Source: Candidatus Poribacteria bacterium | GTDB lineage: Bacteria; Poribacteria; WGA-4E; UBA9662 | Assembly (NCBI GenBank): GCA_046582655.1 | Contig: JAYGDX010000085.1 | Location: 1-30,581 of the forward strand | Direction: 5' to 3' | Length of the DNA stretch: 30,581 bases | Shown here: in pieces, positions 8,671 through 18,289 of the stretch | Layout: each line of letters begins with the position of its first letter | How positions within the stretch are numbered: the stretch's first letter is position 1 | Notes under the pieces: generated by a model | Told to the model about the DNA's origin: nothing | The model's input: only the letters and a program-made list of their open reading frames with translations | The model's database searches: none | Translations under genes and position numbers: made by a program

Positions 8671-9462
8671 GTGTTCTACATAAAACTACTGGTTTTATTG
8701 TCCTCTTTCACCGCTCCCGAAGAAAACAAAAAAATGCTATTTGAGGATGCATACCCCCTTCTGGTTGGATCCCGCGCTATCAGTATGGGGAACGCTTATA
8801 CAGCAGTTTCCGATGATGCCACAGCTGGCTTTTGGAATCCAGCAGGATTAATCCAGTCACAAGGTGTCAAAATCTTTGGCATGAATAAATTCTATGATCG
8901 CCATGACTACGCTTTCGATCCCAAAGGAATTAGCTATGGCTATCGCAGTTTTGCGGTTTTCTGGGGAAATAAAATTGCCCTCGGTAACAATATTAAAGAT
9001 GCCGACTATAACTATTATAGCCTTGCACATCAAATACATTCACACTTTGCTGTTGGCGGAAGTATCAAGTTCAAGCGTAAACGTTTTGTAAATTTTTACC
9101 AGTTTTTTGGTTATGATCCGTCTTATGACCTGGCGATACTCATCAAACTGAAATCTTGGATAAAGGTTGGTATGGTCGCGCAAAATTTTCCAGATAAAAA
9201 TGGCATCCAAGTATTGACTGGAGGGATAGCATACCAGCACAATAACTTTCTTTTCTCTCTGGATACTTCATTACCGAAGAAAAATCTATATTTCGGGTTT
9301 GAATGGGCACCGATTCCGTCTGTCCATATGAGGTTGGGGAACTCAAATCAAAAGTGGGCAGTTGGTGCTGGTTACGACAGAAAACAAATTGCCATCGACT
9401 ACGCATGGATTAGCGAGGAAAAGACAAAGTCCCATTTCATCACAGCAGAAATAAGAATTTAG
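8671..9462 (+). CDS. PorV/PorQ (FadL-like) outer-membrane beta-barrel protein
   Basis: GSRAISMGNAYTAVSDDATAGFWNPAGL hallmark, amphipathic strands, C-terminal IDYAW...HFITAEIRI. Likely start is GTG 8671 rather than TTG 8620. Confidence 0.75.
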   Translation: MFYIKLLVLLSSFTAPEENKKMLFEDAYPLLVGSRAISMGNAYTAVSDDATAGFWNPAGLIQSQGVKIFGMNKFYDRHDYAFDPKGISYGYRSFAVFWGNKIALGNNIKDADYNYYSLAHQIHSHFAVGGSIKFKRKRFVNFYQFFGYDPSYDLAILIKLKSWIKVGMVAQNFPDKNGIQVLTGGIAYQHNNFLFSLDTSLPKKNLYFGFEWAPIPSVHMRLGNSNQKWAVGAGYDRKQIAIDYAWISEEKTKSHFITAEIRI

Positions 9463-9635
9463 CCACCAGAGAACTTTTCCTTTAAAAAAAGAGGCAATAT
9501 CCTTAAAATTGATTTATAAACCCAACATTTTTAATTAGCATGAGAAGAAATTCTTATATCTCCTTGTCAAAAATTAAGTGATAAGCAAAAAAGCCTGGCA
9601 TCAATTGATAAACCGAATGTCTAATTTTTCCGCTT

Positions 9636-9860
9636 TTACTTAAAATTTTCAAATGCCTGATTGCCTTCAGAAAATTGTAACACTATCACAACCACGCTGA
9701 TTAGCAACAAAGGCACAGAAATCAGGAAAATTAGTAATAGCACTCCCCAAACCCACGATTTATTATTCTGATCTGCCTTCCCAATTCCAGCTAATTTCGA
9801 TATCAAAACCCCCGACCAGATCATCACCAAAACAACGCCTCCGAAAATTATCTGCATCAT
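9636..9860 (-). CDS. Small hypothetical membrane protein (2 TM)
   Basis: Two hydrophobic segments. AGGA RBS upstream of ATG. Co-oriented downstream of 9921..10730. Confidence 0.65.
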   Translation of the reverse strand: MMQIIFGGVVLVMIWSGVLISKLAGIGKADQNNKSWVWGVLLLIFLISVPLLLISVVVIVLQFSEGNQAFENFK

Positions 9861-9920
9861 GATTTGTGTTCCTGCTACTAAAGACCATCTACGGATTAGC
9901 TTACTACTAGATAGCCATAG

Positions 9921-10730
9921 TCATTCCTGTACTGTGCTAATCTCGTCTCTGGAAATTTTATGGACACTCTTCGGGTTAAATGTTTGGGTTGTACCATGTC
10001 TAAGCGCCACTTCGACTCTACCACCTGTTAAAACGAAAAATTGAATCAGGAAACCTCCTCCGTCCATTACTTCGACCTGATACTGATCTAGTGACAGATC
10101 ACCAATCCACGTTTCAAATGTTTTGGCAAAATCTTGATGACTAACCACTTCCTCTGGTAATGCCATAATTAAAGTCCCAGGATCATCGCCAATTATGTTC
10201 TTAATCTTCTGCCTAACGTTGATCATAAACGGAATGACTTGGCCAGCATAATCAAAATTGCTTTCTTCAACACGTTTAGGTGGAACAACACCCAACGTCA
10301 AATGATGTATAAAAGGATTTCCATAATTTTGATTTAACATCTGATCAAAAGCTAGTTTATCTACAGGATGCACAACAGCGACGTAATCGAACCAACCTCT
10401 GTCTCGCGCAGCATTACCAGACGGTAATCCTGCTGGCACATTAATGTAATCGTGACCGTCTACAGGGGAAGGGTAGCAACAATTATCCCAGCCGGAAATA
10501 TAACCGAGTCGTTTTAACGGATCGGCTACAATATGTGGAGGGTTGCAAAAAATCGCAGCGTGATCAAGATTCGCCTGCAATTGTATACCTGCAGCAGCAA
10601 CTGTCTTTGATACTTCCAATGTTTCTTCAAAACGTTGGGTTGCATTTTCAATAAGTAGGTAATCTGCGAAATCACCCGGTAGAATGACAGGATTTACCAT
10701 AGCCCATCTCCCAATATCAATTAATGTCAA
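9921..10730 (-). CDS. Hypothetical VOC-fold metalloenzyme, HPPD C-terminal/DUF1338-like
   Basis: LDH57, PFIHH143LTL, and GGFLIQFF..GGRVE240VALRHG..TFNPKSV.KI align by eye with HPPD DH / QHIAL / GYLLQIFT..FEIIQR..GF motifs. Confidence 0.6.
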   Translation of the reverse strand: MTLIDIGRWAMVNPVILPGDFADYLLIENATQRFEETLEVSKTVAAAGIQLQANLDHAAIFCNPPHIVADPLKRLGYISGWDNCCYPSPVDGHDYINVPAGLPSGNAARDRGWFDYVAVVHPVDKLAFDQMLNQNYGNPFIHHLTLGVVPPKRVEESNFDYAGQVIPFMINVRQKIKNIIGDDPGTLIMALPEEVVSHQDFAKTFETWIGDLSLDQYQVEVMDGGGFLIQFFVLTGGRVEVALRHGTTQTFNPKSVHKISRDEISTVQE

Positions 10731-10767
10731 ATTTTAAAATAGTTTGATAACAATCACATTCCCCAAC

Positions 10768-11514
10768 TTAATAGGTTGCTCTTCCACCACTAACATCATA
10801 ACATTGACCAGTAACAAAACTAGCCTCTTCCGATGCCAAAAAATGTACTACAGCCGCAACCTCTTCCGGTCGACCAACACGCCCTAAAGGGATTTTACCC
10901 ACCATATAATTGATTGTCGATTCTGTCACCTGTTGCAGAATTGGGGTTTCGATCACTGCAGGAGAAACACAGTTGACATGGATATTATATTCGGTAACCT
11001 CTTTCGCCAAGGCTTTTGTTAAACAAATAACACCCGCTTTGGAAGTTGAATAGGGTATAAGTGTTGGGTTACCTTCCTTACCAGCAATTGACGCGACACT
11101 CACAATCTTGCCATATCGTCTTTGAATCATGTGATCGATAACGGCTTTACAACAGAGGAAAACTCCCTTCAAATTGACGTCGATAACCAAGTCCCAGTCT
11201 GATTCATCCAGTTCAGTCAATGGCGCAGTCTTTCCTGCAATCCCAGCATTGTTAATCAAGATATCAATCTGGCTGAATGCTTGTAAAGTACGCTCAACCA
11301 TACTATAGACTTGATTGGATTTGGAGACATCCGTTTGAACGGCAATAGATTTGGATCCAAAATCAGCAACTTCCCGACCCACATCTTCCACAGCCGGCAG
11401 ATTCAGATCAACCAAAGCTAGATTTGCCCCGGCTGCAGCCAAGCGCAAGGCAATCGCTCGACCAATACCTTGCCCTGCACCTGTAACGACAGCAACTTTG
11501 CCATTTAAACCCAT
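10768..11514 (-). CDS. SDR family NAD-dependent oxidoreductase (FabG-like)
   Basis: TGAGQGIG, Asp at the end of beta2 (LVD), NNAG, YSTSK, SFVTGQ.YDVSGG. Confidence 0.95.
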   Translation of the reverse strand: MGLNGKVAVVTGAGQGIGRAIALRLAAAGANLALVDLNLPAVEDVGREVADFGSKSIAVQTDVSKSNQVYSMVERTLQAFSQIDILINNAGIAGKTAPLTELDESDWDLVIDVNLKGVFLCCKAVIDHMIQRRYGKIVSVASIAGKEGNPTLIPYSTSKAGVICLTKALAKEVTEYNIHVNCVSPAVIETPILQQVTESTINYMVGKIPLGRVGRPEEVAAVVHFLASEEASFVTGQCYDVSGGRATY

Positions 11515-11711
11515 ATATTCCCTCTGTACTTCATTCCAAACAAACTGCCTGATAACGATGGTAACATAGATTTAGTCCGATGACAAATAGTCCAAAACAT
11601 GATTAGCCTGAGTAAAGAAGGAATTAATGGTTTTTACGCGATAACTTTCAATGGCACTTCTGATCTTCTCGCCATACGATTGTTCTGCAAAACCAGTTTA
11701 AGAAGAAAGGA

Positions 11712-12068
11712 TCACTTCTTGGAATTCTGTTCACCGGATAGTAATAATCTGAGATGAAACCCCGTAACAGCTGCCATCCCACCAACTAATCCGCCAAAAA
11801 CAGCCGTCAAAATTAGCATCAATGTGGATGACGGCAAATGGATTAGTTGTCCTACTTTTATAGTTAACATACCATTAGACCTATAATGGAGGTAACCAGC
11901 AACTATTAACCACAATAGTCCAACGCCAACAAAACCAGATCCGAATGTCTTCCAACCATTGATCGGTTTCCAAAATCCAATTAAAAATGCAACAATAGCC
12001 ACCGACCACCAAGGCAAAACCAGTTCTGCTGGTAAACCAAGTATGAAAATGAGAATGATATTAACTAT
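11712..12068 (-). CDS. Hypothetical 4-TM membrane protein accompanying the acylase
   Basis: LPWWSVAIVAF, F.SGFVGVGLLW, GGLVGGMAAVTG. The frame extends 17 hydrophobic codons upstream of TTG 12017 to ATA 12068, which is preceded by GGAGG. Start is uncertain. Confidence 0.7.
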   Translation of the reverse strand: MVNIILIFILGLPAELVLPWWSVAIVAFLIGFWKPINGWKTFGSGFVGVGLLWLIVAGYLHYRSNGMLTIKVGQLIHLPSSTLMLILTAVFGGLVGGMAAVTGFHLRLLLSGEQNSKK

Positions 12069-14491
12069 TTTCCTGCCTCCAAAATTATAACTGATTGAAT
12101 CCGGTAATGAGTTGTATCCATCGATTTTAGAAACAGCAATTCGTCTAATTCACCTTCCATCCATGCATCCACAAAGTTATCGTAGTATGAGCTGCCAGGA
12201 TTACCAGATTGACCTCCCGGATACACTCCCCAGGCTTTGACTTCGGGTTCCAAAGAAACTATCATTCGCCAAGAAGGCCCACTCGTTTTTCCAATTGCGT
12301 TGACAATTCCTAATCCTCCGCCAACATTTAACCCCATTTTTCCAAATCCTGGTAGTCTTCCGAGATGAGCGATGTCAACTCCCTTGAATTTCCCCCACCT
12401 CCACTGATTCCCCATTTCCCCTAACTGTTTGGTTAGCTCTGTCACCGTGTCTTTGAAGCTCGAATTGACCAATTGCTGTAAAGACTCCTTATTTTCTGTA
12501 TGGATATTGTCAAACCATGGCGCATTTGGTTCGTCCATAATGAGTTGTATGGTTCTAGCAGAGGATGGAAATCGGTATGATCCATTTCCACCAAATTCAT
12601 CAGACCAGATAGCTGCATGTAGTCGTTTTTGCCAGATATCAAAAACAGTGGGGGCAATTTGGTTAGCATCGTTTACATAGTCCCAAGTTGAGATCTTTTT
12701 GAATGCCTGTGTTTCTTCCAGCGTCAAACGGTCTATATCCACAAACCTTAGCAAAGAAGGAATTATCAACGAAGCCTGAAGATTTTGATTATCCAATTGC
12801 AGTAGCCTGAAGTCATCAGGAATTATGCTATCCATCTCCAACATTTGTTGGTTAATTCTTTTCCCTCGGTATTGAGGGAAGAACCAACCCAAGTAATAAG
12901 GATAATCTGAATTGGTTGGATTTTGATTGGCGGAACTGACAAAACCACGGTCAGGATTCTTGATATGTGGATTATGCTGATGAGGAACCCACTTCTGCCA
13001 GTCATGTTCAGGGTTAGCCCCATCGTTGATAAACCTAGCTTGTCTCTGGAACCTTAACGGAAATTTACCATTATGCCAAATAGCGACGTCTCCCGCTGTA
13101 TCTGCAAAAACAAAGTTTTGTGCCGGACAGGAATAATGCGAAAGTGCGGCAACGTAGTCCTGATAATCCTGGGCACGGTTGAGCCGATAGAACGTTAGAA
13201 ACTCATTGCTTGGATCATGCCCAAGCCATCGCATAGCATGCAATCTTGGAATATTTCCATCAAAGGTTTCCTCATCACTGTATAGAGGAATAGGTCCATG
13301 GTGAGTATAAACCACGGTATCCTGAATTTTTTTCTCGCCTCGAACTTTAATCTCCTCGATAATACGCGTTGTTGGTTTCCAAGTGTCATCGTGAAAGTAC
13401 TCATTTAAAGTGTCATCTCTAAACTTGATCTGATACCAATCTGTTACGTCATCGCCACCACTAGTCATCCCCCAAGCAATTTTCTGATTAAATCCGATAA
13501 GCACACTCGGTGCACCTGGGATGGTAACGCCATAGACATTGACCGATGGACTAAAAAGCTGGATTTCATACCAAATTGATGGGAGATTCAAATCAAGATG
13601 AGGGTCGTTAGCCAAAATTGGGTAACCACTGACAGTCTTAGTCCCTGAAACAGCCCAGTTATTGCTACCATTTGCCGGATTTGGTTCGAAAGGTAAGGCT
13701 TGGTTCATTGTGTCAGGATAGGCCTCTTTTTGTGGTTTTCCCACTGGTAGTGGGTCAAAATTCCATGGTGTGTTTTTTGGAATAACTGGGTCCGGATTTT
13801 GAGGGTAGCGTGGAAACAAATCTTCAACAGTGTCTATTCCAAACTTAGCTAGAGTATTAGTCATTTTCAGGTCTGTTCCACTTCCTGCAAGCATCCAAGT
13901 CATGGATTTGGCCAATAACATGCATTTTAGTGGTGTCCAAGGTTCTGGTGTGTAATCGAAAATCTTATATTCGATTGGATACCCCTTTGGAGATAGGGAG
14001 TCAATATACGCGTTAACACCAACAGTATAGGCACTGACAATCTCACGAGACAGAGGATTTCTCATGACAGTTTCAAGCATGTTTTTGGCAGCATAAGTCA
14101 TGCCAATTCGCCGCTGGAAGCGATCATATTCCACCGTTCTTTGACCAATAATTTCAGAAAGCCTTCCAGCAACTACATGCGTTTGAAATTCCATCTGCCA
14201 CAACCGATCTTTAGCAGTGACGTAACCTTGAGCAAAATATAGATCGTGATCGTTTTCAGCAAAGATATGTGAAACCAATCGATCATCAATCAAAACAGTT
14301 ACGGGCGCTTGAAGTACATCAAAATCGAGCTGATACACTTTTTCCAATCGTTTCAATTCCACATTTTGCCAAAAACCATGAAATGGATCGAGAAACTTAC
14401 CAACAGGTGGAACCAAACCAATTCTCATTGAACCAACAATTATTAAGCCTATAGTCAAAACCAAGGTCAGAAAAAGTTTAAGTTGGCGCAT
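12065..14491 (-). CDS. Penicillin acylase / acyl-homoserine-lactone acylase family Ntn-hydrolase (peptidase S45)
   Basis: FAQGYVTAKDRLWQME, GSNNW (catalytic Ser), ANDPHL, SANQ, GPSWR, PGGQSGNPGS. Likely start is ATG 14491 (MRQLKLF, signal anchor), which avoids overlap with pfkB. Confidence 0.95.
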   Translation of the reverse strand: MRQLKLFLTLVLTIGLIIVGSMRIGLVPPVGKFLDPFHGFWQNVELKRLEKVYQLDFDVLQAPVTVLIDDRLVSHIFAENDHDLYFAQGYVTAKDRLWQMEFQTHVVAGRLSEIIGQRTVEYDRFQRRIGMTYAAKNMLETVMRNPLSREIVSAYTVGVNAYIDSLSPKGYPIEYKIFDYTPEPWTPLKCMLLAKSMTWMLAGSGTDLKMTNTLAKFGIDTVEDLFPRYPQNPDPVIPKNTPWNFDPLPVGKPQKEAYPDTMNQALPFEPNPANGSNNWAVSGTKTVSGYPILANDPHLDLNLPSIWYEIQLFSPSVNVYGVTIPGAPSVLIGFNQKIAWGMTSGGDDVTDWYQIKFRDDTLNEYFHDDTWKPTTRIIEEIKVRGEKKIQDTVVYTHHGPIPLYSDEETFDGNIPRLHAMRWLGHDPSNEFLTFYRLNRAQDYQDYVAALSHYSCPAQNFVFADTAGDVAIWHNGKFPLRFQRQARFINDGANPEHDWQKWVPHQHNPHIKNPDRGFVSSANQNPTNSDYPYYLGWFFPQYRGKRINQQMLEMDSIIPDDFRLLQLDNQNLQASLIIPSLLRFVDIDRLTLEETQAFKKISTWDYVNDANQIAPTVFDIWQKRLHAAIWSDEFGGNGSYRFPSSARTIQLIMDEPNAPWFDNIHTENKESLQQLVNSSFKDTVTELTKQLGEMGNQWRWGKFKGVDIAHLGRLPGFGKMGLNVGGGLGIVNAIGKTSGPSWRMIVSLEPEVKAWGVYPGGQSGNPGSSYYDNFVDAWMEGELDELLFLKSMDTTHYRIQSVIILEAGK

Positions 14492-14505
14492 ATGTCGTTG
14501 TATAT

Positions 14506-15435
14506 TTAAGTAAAAGTCCCCAGAAATTGTTCCACGGTTTCCAAGGTTGGCAGGCCGCTGCGTCCGCCAAGCGAACGACAATTAATGGCTGCTACAGCCG
14601 AGGCAAATTGAATTGTTTTTTCCGGGTTCCAATCCTGAAGCAGCCCGTAGATGAAGCCACCGTGGAATGCATCTCCTGCTCCAGTCGTATCAACCACATC
14701 AACAGGGAAAGCTGAGAATGCCGAAGTACTTTGATTCCATCTGGCAACACAGCCTTGGTTTCCCAGTGTAACGATAGCCATTCGCACGCCAAAATCACAC
14801 AGTTTTTGTGTAATAATTTCCGGTGACATACCTGGCATCCATTTTTGAACTAGAACATCAGATACAATTGCCACATCAACAAATCGAAGCAGATCCAAGA
14901 GAGATTCCCGATACCAGGTGCCATCGAAAACAACGCTGACACCCGCTGCCTTAGCCCATTCAGCAGCTTGTATGGAAACCTGATCCGCATCATCCAAGTG
15001 AAGTATTTTTGCTAAAGTAATCTTTTCCCGATCTGTATCCTTCAGACCTATAGATGTACACGTTGATAGATGAGTTGTAAAACAACGTTCTCCAGTTTCT
15101 TGATCTATCAGCACCAAAGTTGTACGTGATAACCTGCCCAACTCAACCTCCAATTGGCTAGTATCGACACCCTCTTTCTCAAACTCTTCTTTGATAAATT
15201 GGCCGTCAAGGTCATCTCCTACCTTTCCGATAAAACAGGTAGGGATTCCCAATCGGGCTAGGGTAACCAACGCAGTAGAGACAGGTCCTCCAGGTTGACG
15301 AAGATATTCGGTTGCACGAACGCTTTTCCCAAAGGCAGGTAAATCCGGCACAATGAATAAATAATCCACCGTACTCATTCCAATACCAACGACGGCTGAT
15401 GGGCTGTACTGAAGCATACGTTCTTCTTTAATCAA
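14506..15435 (-). CDS. PfkB family carbohydrate kinase (YihV/sulfofructose-kinase-like)
   Basis: GGPVSTALVTLARLG, GKVGDD..G, VTLGNQG, VDTTGAGDAFHGG. Alternative start is ATG 15417. Confidence 0.93.
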   Translation of the reverse strand: MIKEERMLQYSPSAVVGIGMSTVDYLFIVPDLPAFGKSVRATEYLRQPGGPVSTALVTLARLGIPTCFIGKVGDDLDGQFIKEEFEKEGVDTSQLEVELGRLSRTTLVLIDQETGERCFTTHLSTCTSIGLKDTDREKITLAKILHLDDADQVSIQAAEWAKAAGVSVVFDGTWYRESLLDLLRFVDVAIVSDVLVQKWMPGMSPEIITQKLCDFGVRMAIVTLGNQGCVARWNQSTSAFSAFPVDVVDTTGAGDAFHGGFIYGLLQDWNPEKTIQFASAVAAINCRSLGGRSGLPTLETVEQFLGTFT

Positions 15436-16126
15436 TATCCATTGCGCAACGAAAACCGAAATCGCTAAAAGCTTTTTCCGGTGCTAGACTGCTCCTGGAT
15501 GCACAGCGAGAATAACAGATCTTATGCCGCCAAGATCCACCACGAGCTACCTTTCGGTTACCATCTTCCGGACCGTCGGGATTACGATGTGGAGATTGCT
15601 GGTAGTAATCCCCACTATACCAATCCAAACACCATTCATGTACACCTTCCGACATGTTGAACAAACCATAATTATTAGGTCCTTCACTGCCAATGGGTTT
15701 CAAAATAGAATTCCTGCCACCATTACAATCGCTGGGCAAATGGTTTCCAAACGGATAATTATGGCCAACTAGTCCTCCTCTTGAAGCCTTTTCTCGTTCG
15801 CCTTCCGTTGGCAACCGATACGTTTTCCCTGTTAGTTGACTCAGCCAAGTACAATAATTAACAGCATCATACCAGCTCGTTCCAACAACCGGTTGATTCG
15901 GGTTCTGAAACTCAGGCATATCCCAGTAGAGTGGCAGATTACACTGAGTCGCTTCCAAAAACACAGCGTATTCCCACCTTGTAACCGGATATTTTGCTAT
16001 GGCAAACGAATCAATCCATACCGAATGAACAGGCATTTCAATTTTAGATCCTGTCTCACTTCCCATCAGGAAATCGCCTTCAGGGATGAGAACCGTTTCT
16101 AGCTCAACAGACATCAATTTGGACAT
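15428..16126 (-). CDS. SUMF1/FGE-sulfatase domain protein (probably not a catalytic FGE)
   Basis: IPEGDFLMGS, E.PVHSV, YPVT, PVV..SW.DA..YC.WL, YRLPTEGE, RGGSW, GFRC. Lacks the FGE CxxxxC pair. Confidence 0.9.
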   Translation of the reverse strand: MSKLMSVELETVLIPEGDFLMGSETGSKIEMPVHSVWIDSFAIAKYPVTRWEYAVFLEATQCNLPLYWDMPEFQNPNQPVVGTSWYDAVNYCTWLSQLTGKTYRLPTEGEREKASRGGLVGHNYPFGNHLPSDCNGGRNSILKPIGSEGPNNYGLFNMSEGVHEWCLDWYSGDYYQQSPHRNPDGPEDGNRKVARGGSWRHKICYSRCASRSSLAPEKAFSDFGFRCAMDID

Positions 16127-16395
16127 TGAATTTCCCAGCTAGTTACTCCGAATTCCACATTATCAAGAGTAGAAAAGAAACGTAGAGACTTTTCACAAAA
16201 GGAATTTAGTCGCATCTTGCTGATTATTTATTATATATTAGATTCACAGTTTTATGCGATTGAATTACCATCTCAATTGTCCAACCTAAATTAAGAACGC
16301 TTTATGGGCAACAATTGCCAGTGTTATATGGGAATTTAAATTTTATTATATAATCCCCTAAAACAGAGCTAAAATAAAAACGGAGAAAACAACAA

Positions 16396-17439
16396 GTGAA
16401 ATCCTATAATGTCGGGATTCTCGGTAACTGCTGTACCCATGGTGCAGGCATCTGTGGTATGTTAAACCAGCGAAGTGATACGAACGTTGTTGCTGCTTAT
16501 GAGAAAAACCCAAGGAGAGCGGAAGAATTACAAGGTGTCCTCGGTCGAAAGTTATCAAGTTCATATCAAGAAGTAATGGATACCCCGAATTTGGACTTCG
16601 TTGCTGTTACCTGTGACCCGTGTGATAAAGCGGACATGGTTGAGCAGGCGGCAATGAGAAGGTTACACATTTTGTTAAACAAACCGCTCTGTGACAGTTT
16701 GGAAAATGCCCACCGTATTTTCGCAGCAGTCAAGACGAACGATGTTTGTTTTGTATATGATATTCCCATGGTTCGATTAATTCCGGCCTTCGCTAAACTC
16801 ATAAACCAAATTGACGCTAGCCTATATGGAAAGATCATGGGATATCATCACTTGTTTACCATGAACTTTCCCATGGATTTCGACTTGAAAACTACCTGGC
16901 CAGAGAGACTCGATCCACCTGAAAAGTCTGGTGGGGGAGAAATGACCAACATGGGATGCTATGCCATTGATTATGTAGTGTCGTTATTTGGGAAACCGGT
17001 TAACATCATGGCAAAATGGCGAAAGACCTGGGATGTATATCAAGCAGATAACGTGGAAAATTTCGGTCAAATTATTCTTGATTATGACAACTTCTATGCC
17101 TTTCTTGATGTCGGCAAGCAACAACTTAAAAAGGAACACCTCCATAGCAATTTAATGACCATAAATTTTGAACATAAGACAATTACCATTGATGCTAATG
17201 CTAAAGTTGTCATCATCAATCACCTAATTCAAAATTACAAGGAATTCATTCAAGATATTGCTGTCGTCGGCTCAGTTGAGCAGTTAATTGACGCAATTGA
17301 ACATAGCAAGTATCCTTCCAGTAATATTGAGAATGCCGTGGCTGCCACGGAAATTTTGATGGCTGCCTATCAATCAATCGTTGAGAAACAGCCCGTTACC
17401 TTGCCATTAAGCTCTGGCAAGAACCCCCTAGTTTCATAA
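16396..17439 (+). CDS. Gfo/Idh/MocA family oxidoreductase (atypical motifs)
   Basis: VGILG Rossmann start, LDFVAV, HILLNKPL, SGGGEMTNMGCYAID, EILMAAYQS....V.LP. GGAG RBS before GTG. Confidence 0.88.
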   Translation: MKSYNVGILGNCCTHGAGICGMLNQRSDTNVVAAYEKNPRRAEELQGVLGRKLSSSYQEVMDTPNLDFVAVTCDPCDKADMVEQAAMRRLHILLNKPLCDSLENAHRIFAAVKTNDVCFVYDIPMVRLIPAFAKLINQIDASLYGKIMGYHHLFTMNFPMDFDLKTTWPERLDPPEKSGGGEMTNMGCYAIDYVVSLFGKPVNIMAKWRKTWDVYQADNVENFGQIILDYDNFYAFLDVGKQQLKKEHLHSNLMTINFEHKTITIDANAKVVIINHLIQNYKEFIQDIAVVGSVEQLIDAIEHSKYPSSNIENAVAATEILMAAYQSIVEKQPVTLPLSSGKNPLVS

Positions 17440-17466
17440 CTATTCTCAAGTATAAGGAAACTATAA

Positions 17467-18243
17467 ATGAGCGAAACAAACTCAGAAATTATTGTTGGAC
17501 AAGCAAATGGGATTGTGACTATCCGACTCAATCGTCCGAATGTACTGAACGCTATCGACCGCCAGATGTTAGATCAACTTGATACTGAAGTGGATAGGCT
17601 TCACCAAGACACATCAGTACGAATTGTAGTTCTGATTGGCAGTGGTGATCGGTCGTTCTGTGTCGGCGCTGATCTGAACCATATTGCCACCTTTACGCCA
17701 GAAGGTATCCGAAAATGGGTGATTGACGGCAACCGTGTGCTGAGTCGGTTGGCTAATCTTCCTGTCCCGGTAATTGCTGCAGTCAACGGATATGCCATTG
17801 GTGGTGGATTAGAAGTCGCTCTAGCGTGTGACTTGCGAATTGCGAATGAGACATCAAGTTTCAGTCTGCCAGAGATCTCGCATGGTTGGTTTCCCGGCTG
17901 GGGCGGAACCAATCGTCTCATCAACATAATTGGTGAAGCCAAAGCCAAGGAGATGATCTTCCTCGGTGAAAGGATTGACGCAACAACCGCACTGCAACTC
18001 GGGTTGATCAACCGCATCTTCCCCGCAGAGTCGTTGATAGCCGAAACCTCCAAAATCGCTGAATCCTTAGCTGAGAAGAGTCCAGTTGCAATTCAGGCGG
18101 CCAAAGCCGCTCTCAGCCGTAACCCGCTGTCGGAGAACAGTTTTGAAATCAACTATGAGGCCCTAGCCTTGTCAACCTGCTTTACCACACCAGAAGTTGA
18201 GCAGACACTACAGGCATTTTTAAATCGAAACAACGAGTCATGA
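17467..18243 (+). CDS. Enoyl-CoA hydratase/isomerase (crotonase) family
   Basis: LNRPNVLNA, FCVGADL, AAVNGYAIGGGLE, LPE..G.FPGWGGT. Both catalytic Glu residues are present. Confidence 0.95.
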   Translation: MSETNSEIIVGQANGIVTIRLNRPNVLNAIDRQMLDQLDTEVDRLHQDTSVRIVVLIGSGDRSFCVGADLNHIATFTPEGIRKWVIDGNRVLSRLANLPVPVIAAVNGYAIGGGLEVALACDLRIANETSSFSLPEISHGWFPGWGGTNRLINIIGEAKAKEMIFLGERIDATTALQLGLINRIFPAESLIAETSKIAESLAEKSPVAIQAAKAALSRNPLSENSFEINYEALALSTCFTTPEVEQTLQAFLNRNNES

Positions 18244-18289
18244 CACATGAAGGCAATTAGATATCTCAATATTGAATGGAGTGAATGAT

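Noticed and set aside
11571..11696. 41-codon open minus-strand frame (TGFAEQSYGEKIRSAIESY...)
   Set aside because: No start codon or recognisable family. Cannot be called a gene or relic.
14492..14581. 30-aa N-terminal extension of the acylase ORF
   Set aside because: Overlaps pfkB. ATG 14491 gives a normal signal anchor.
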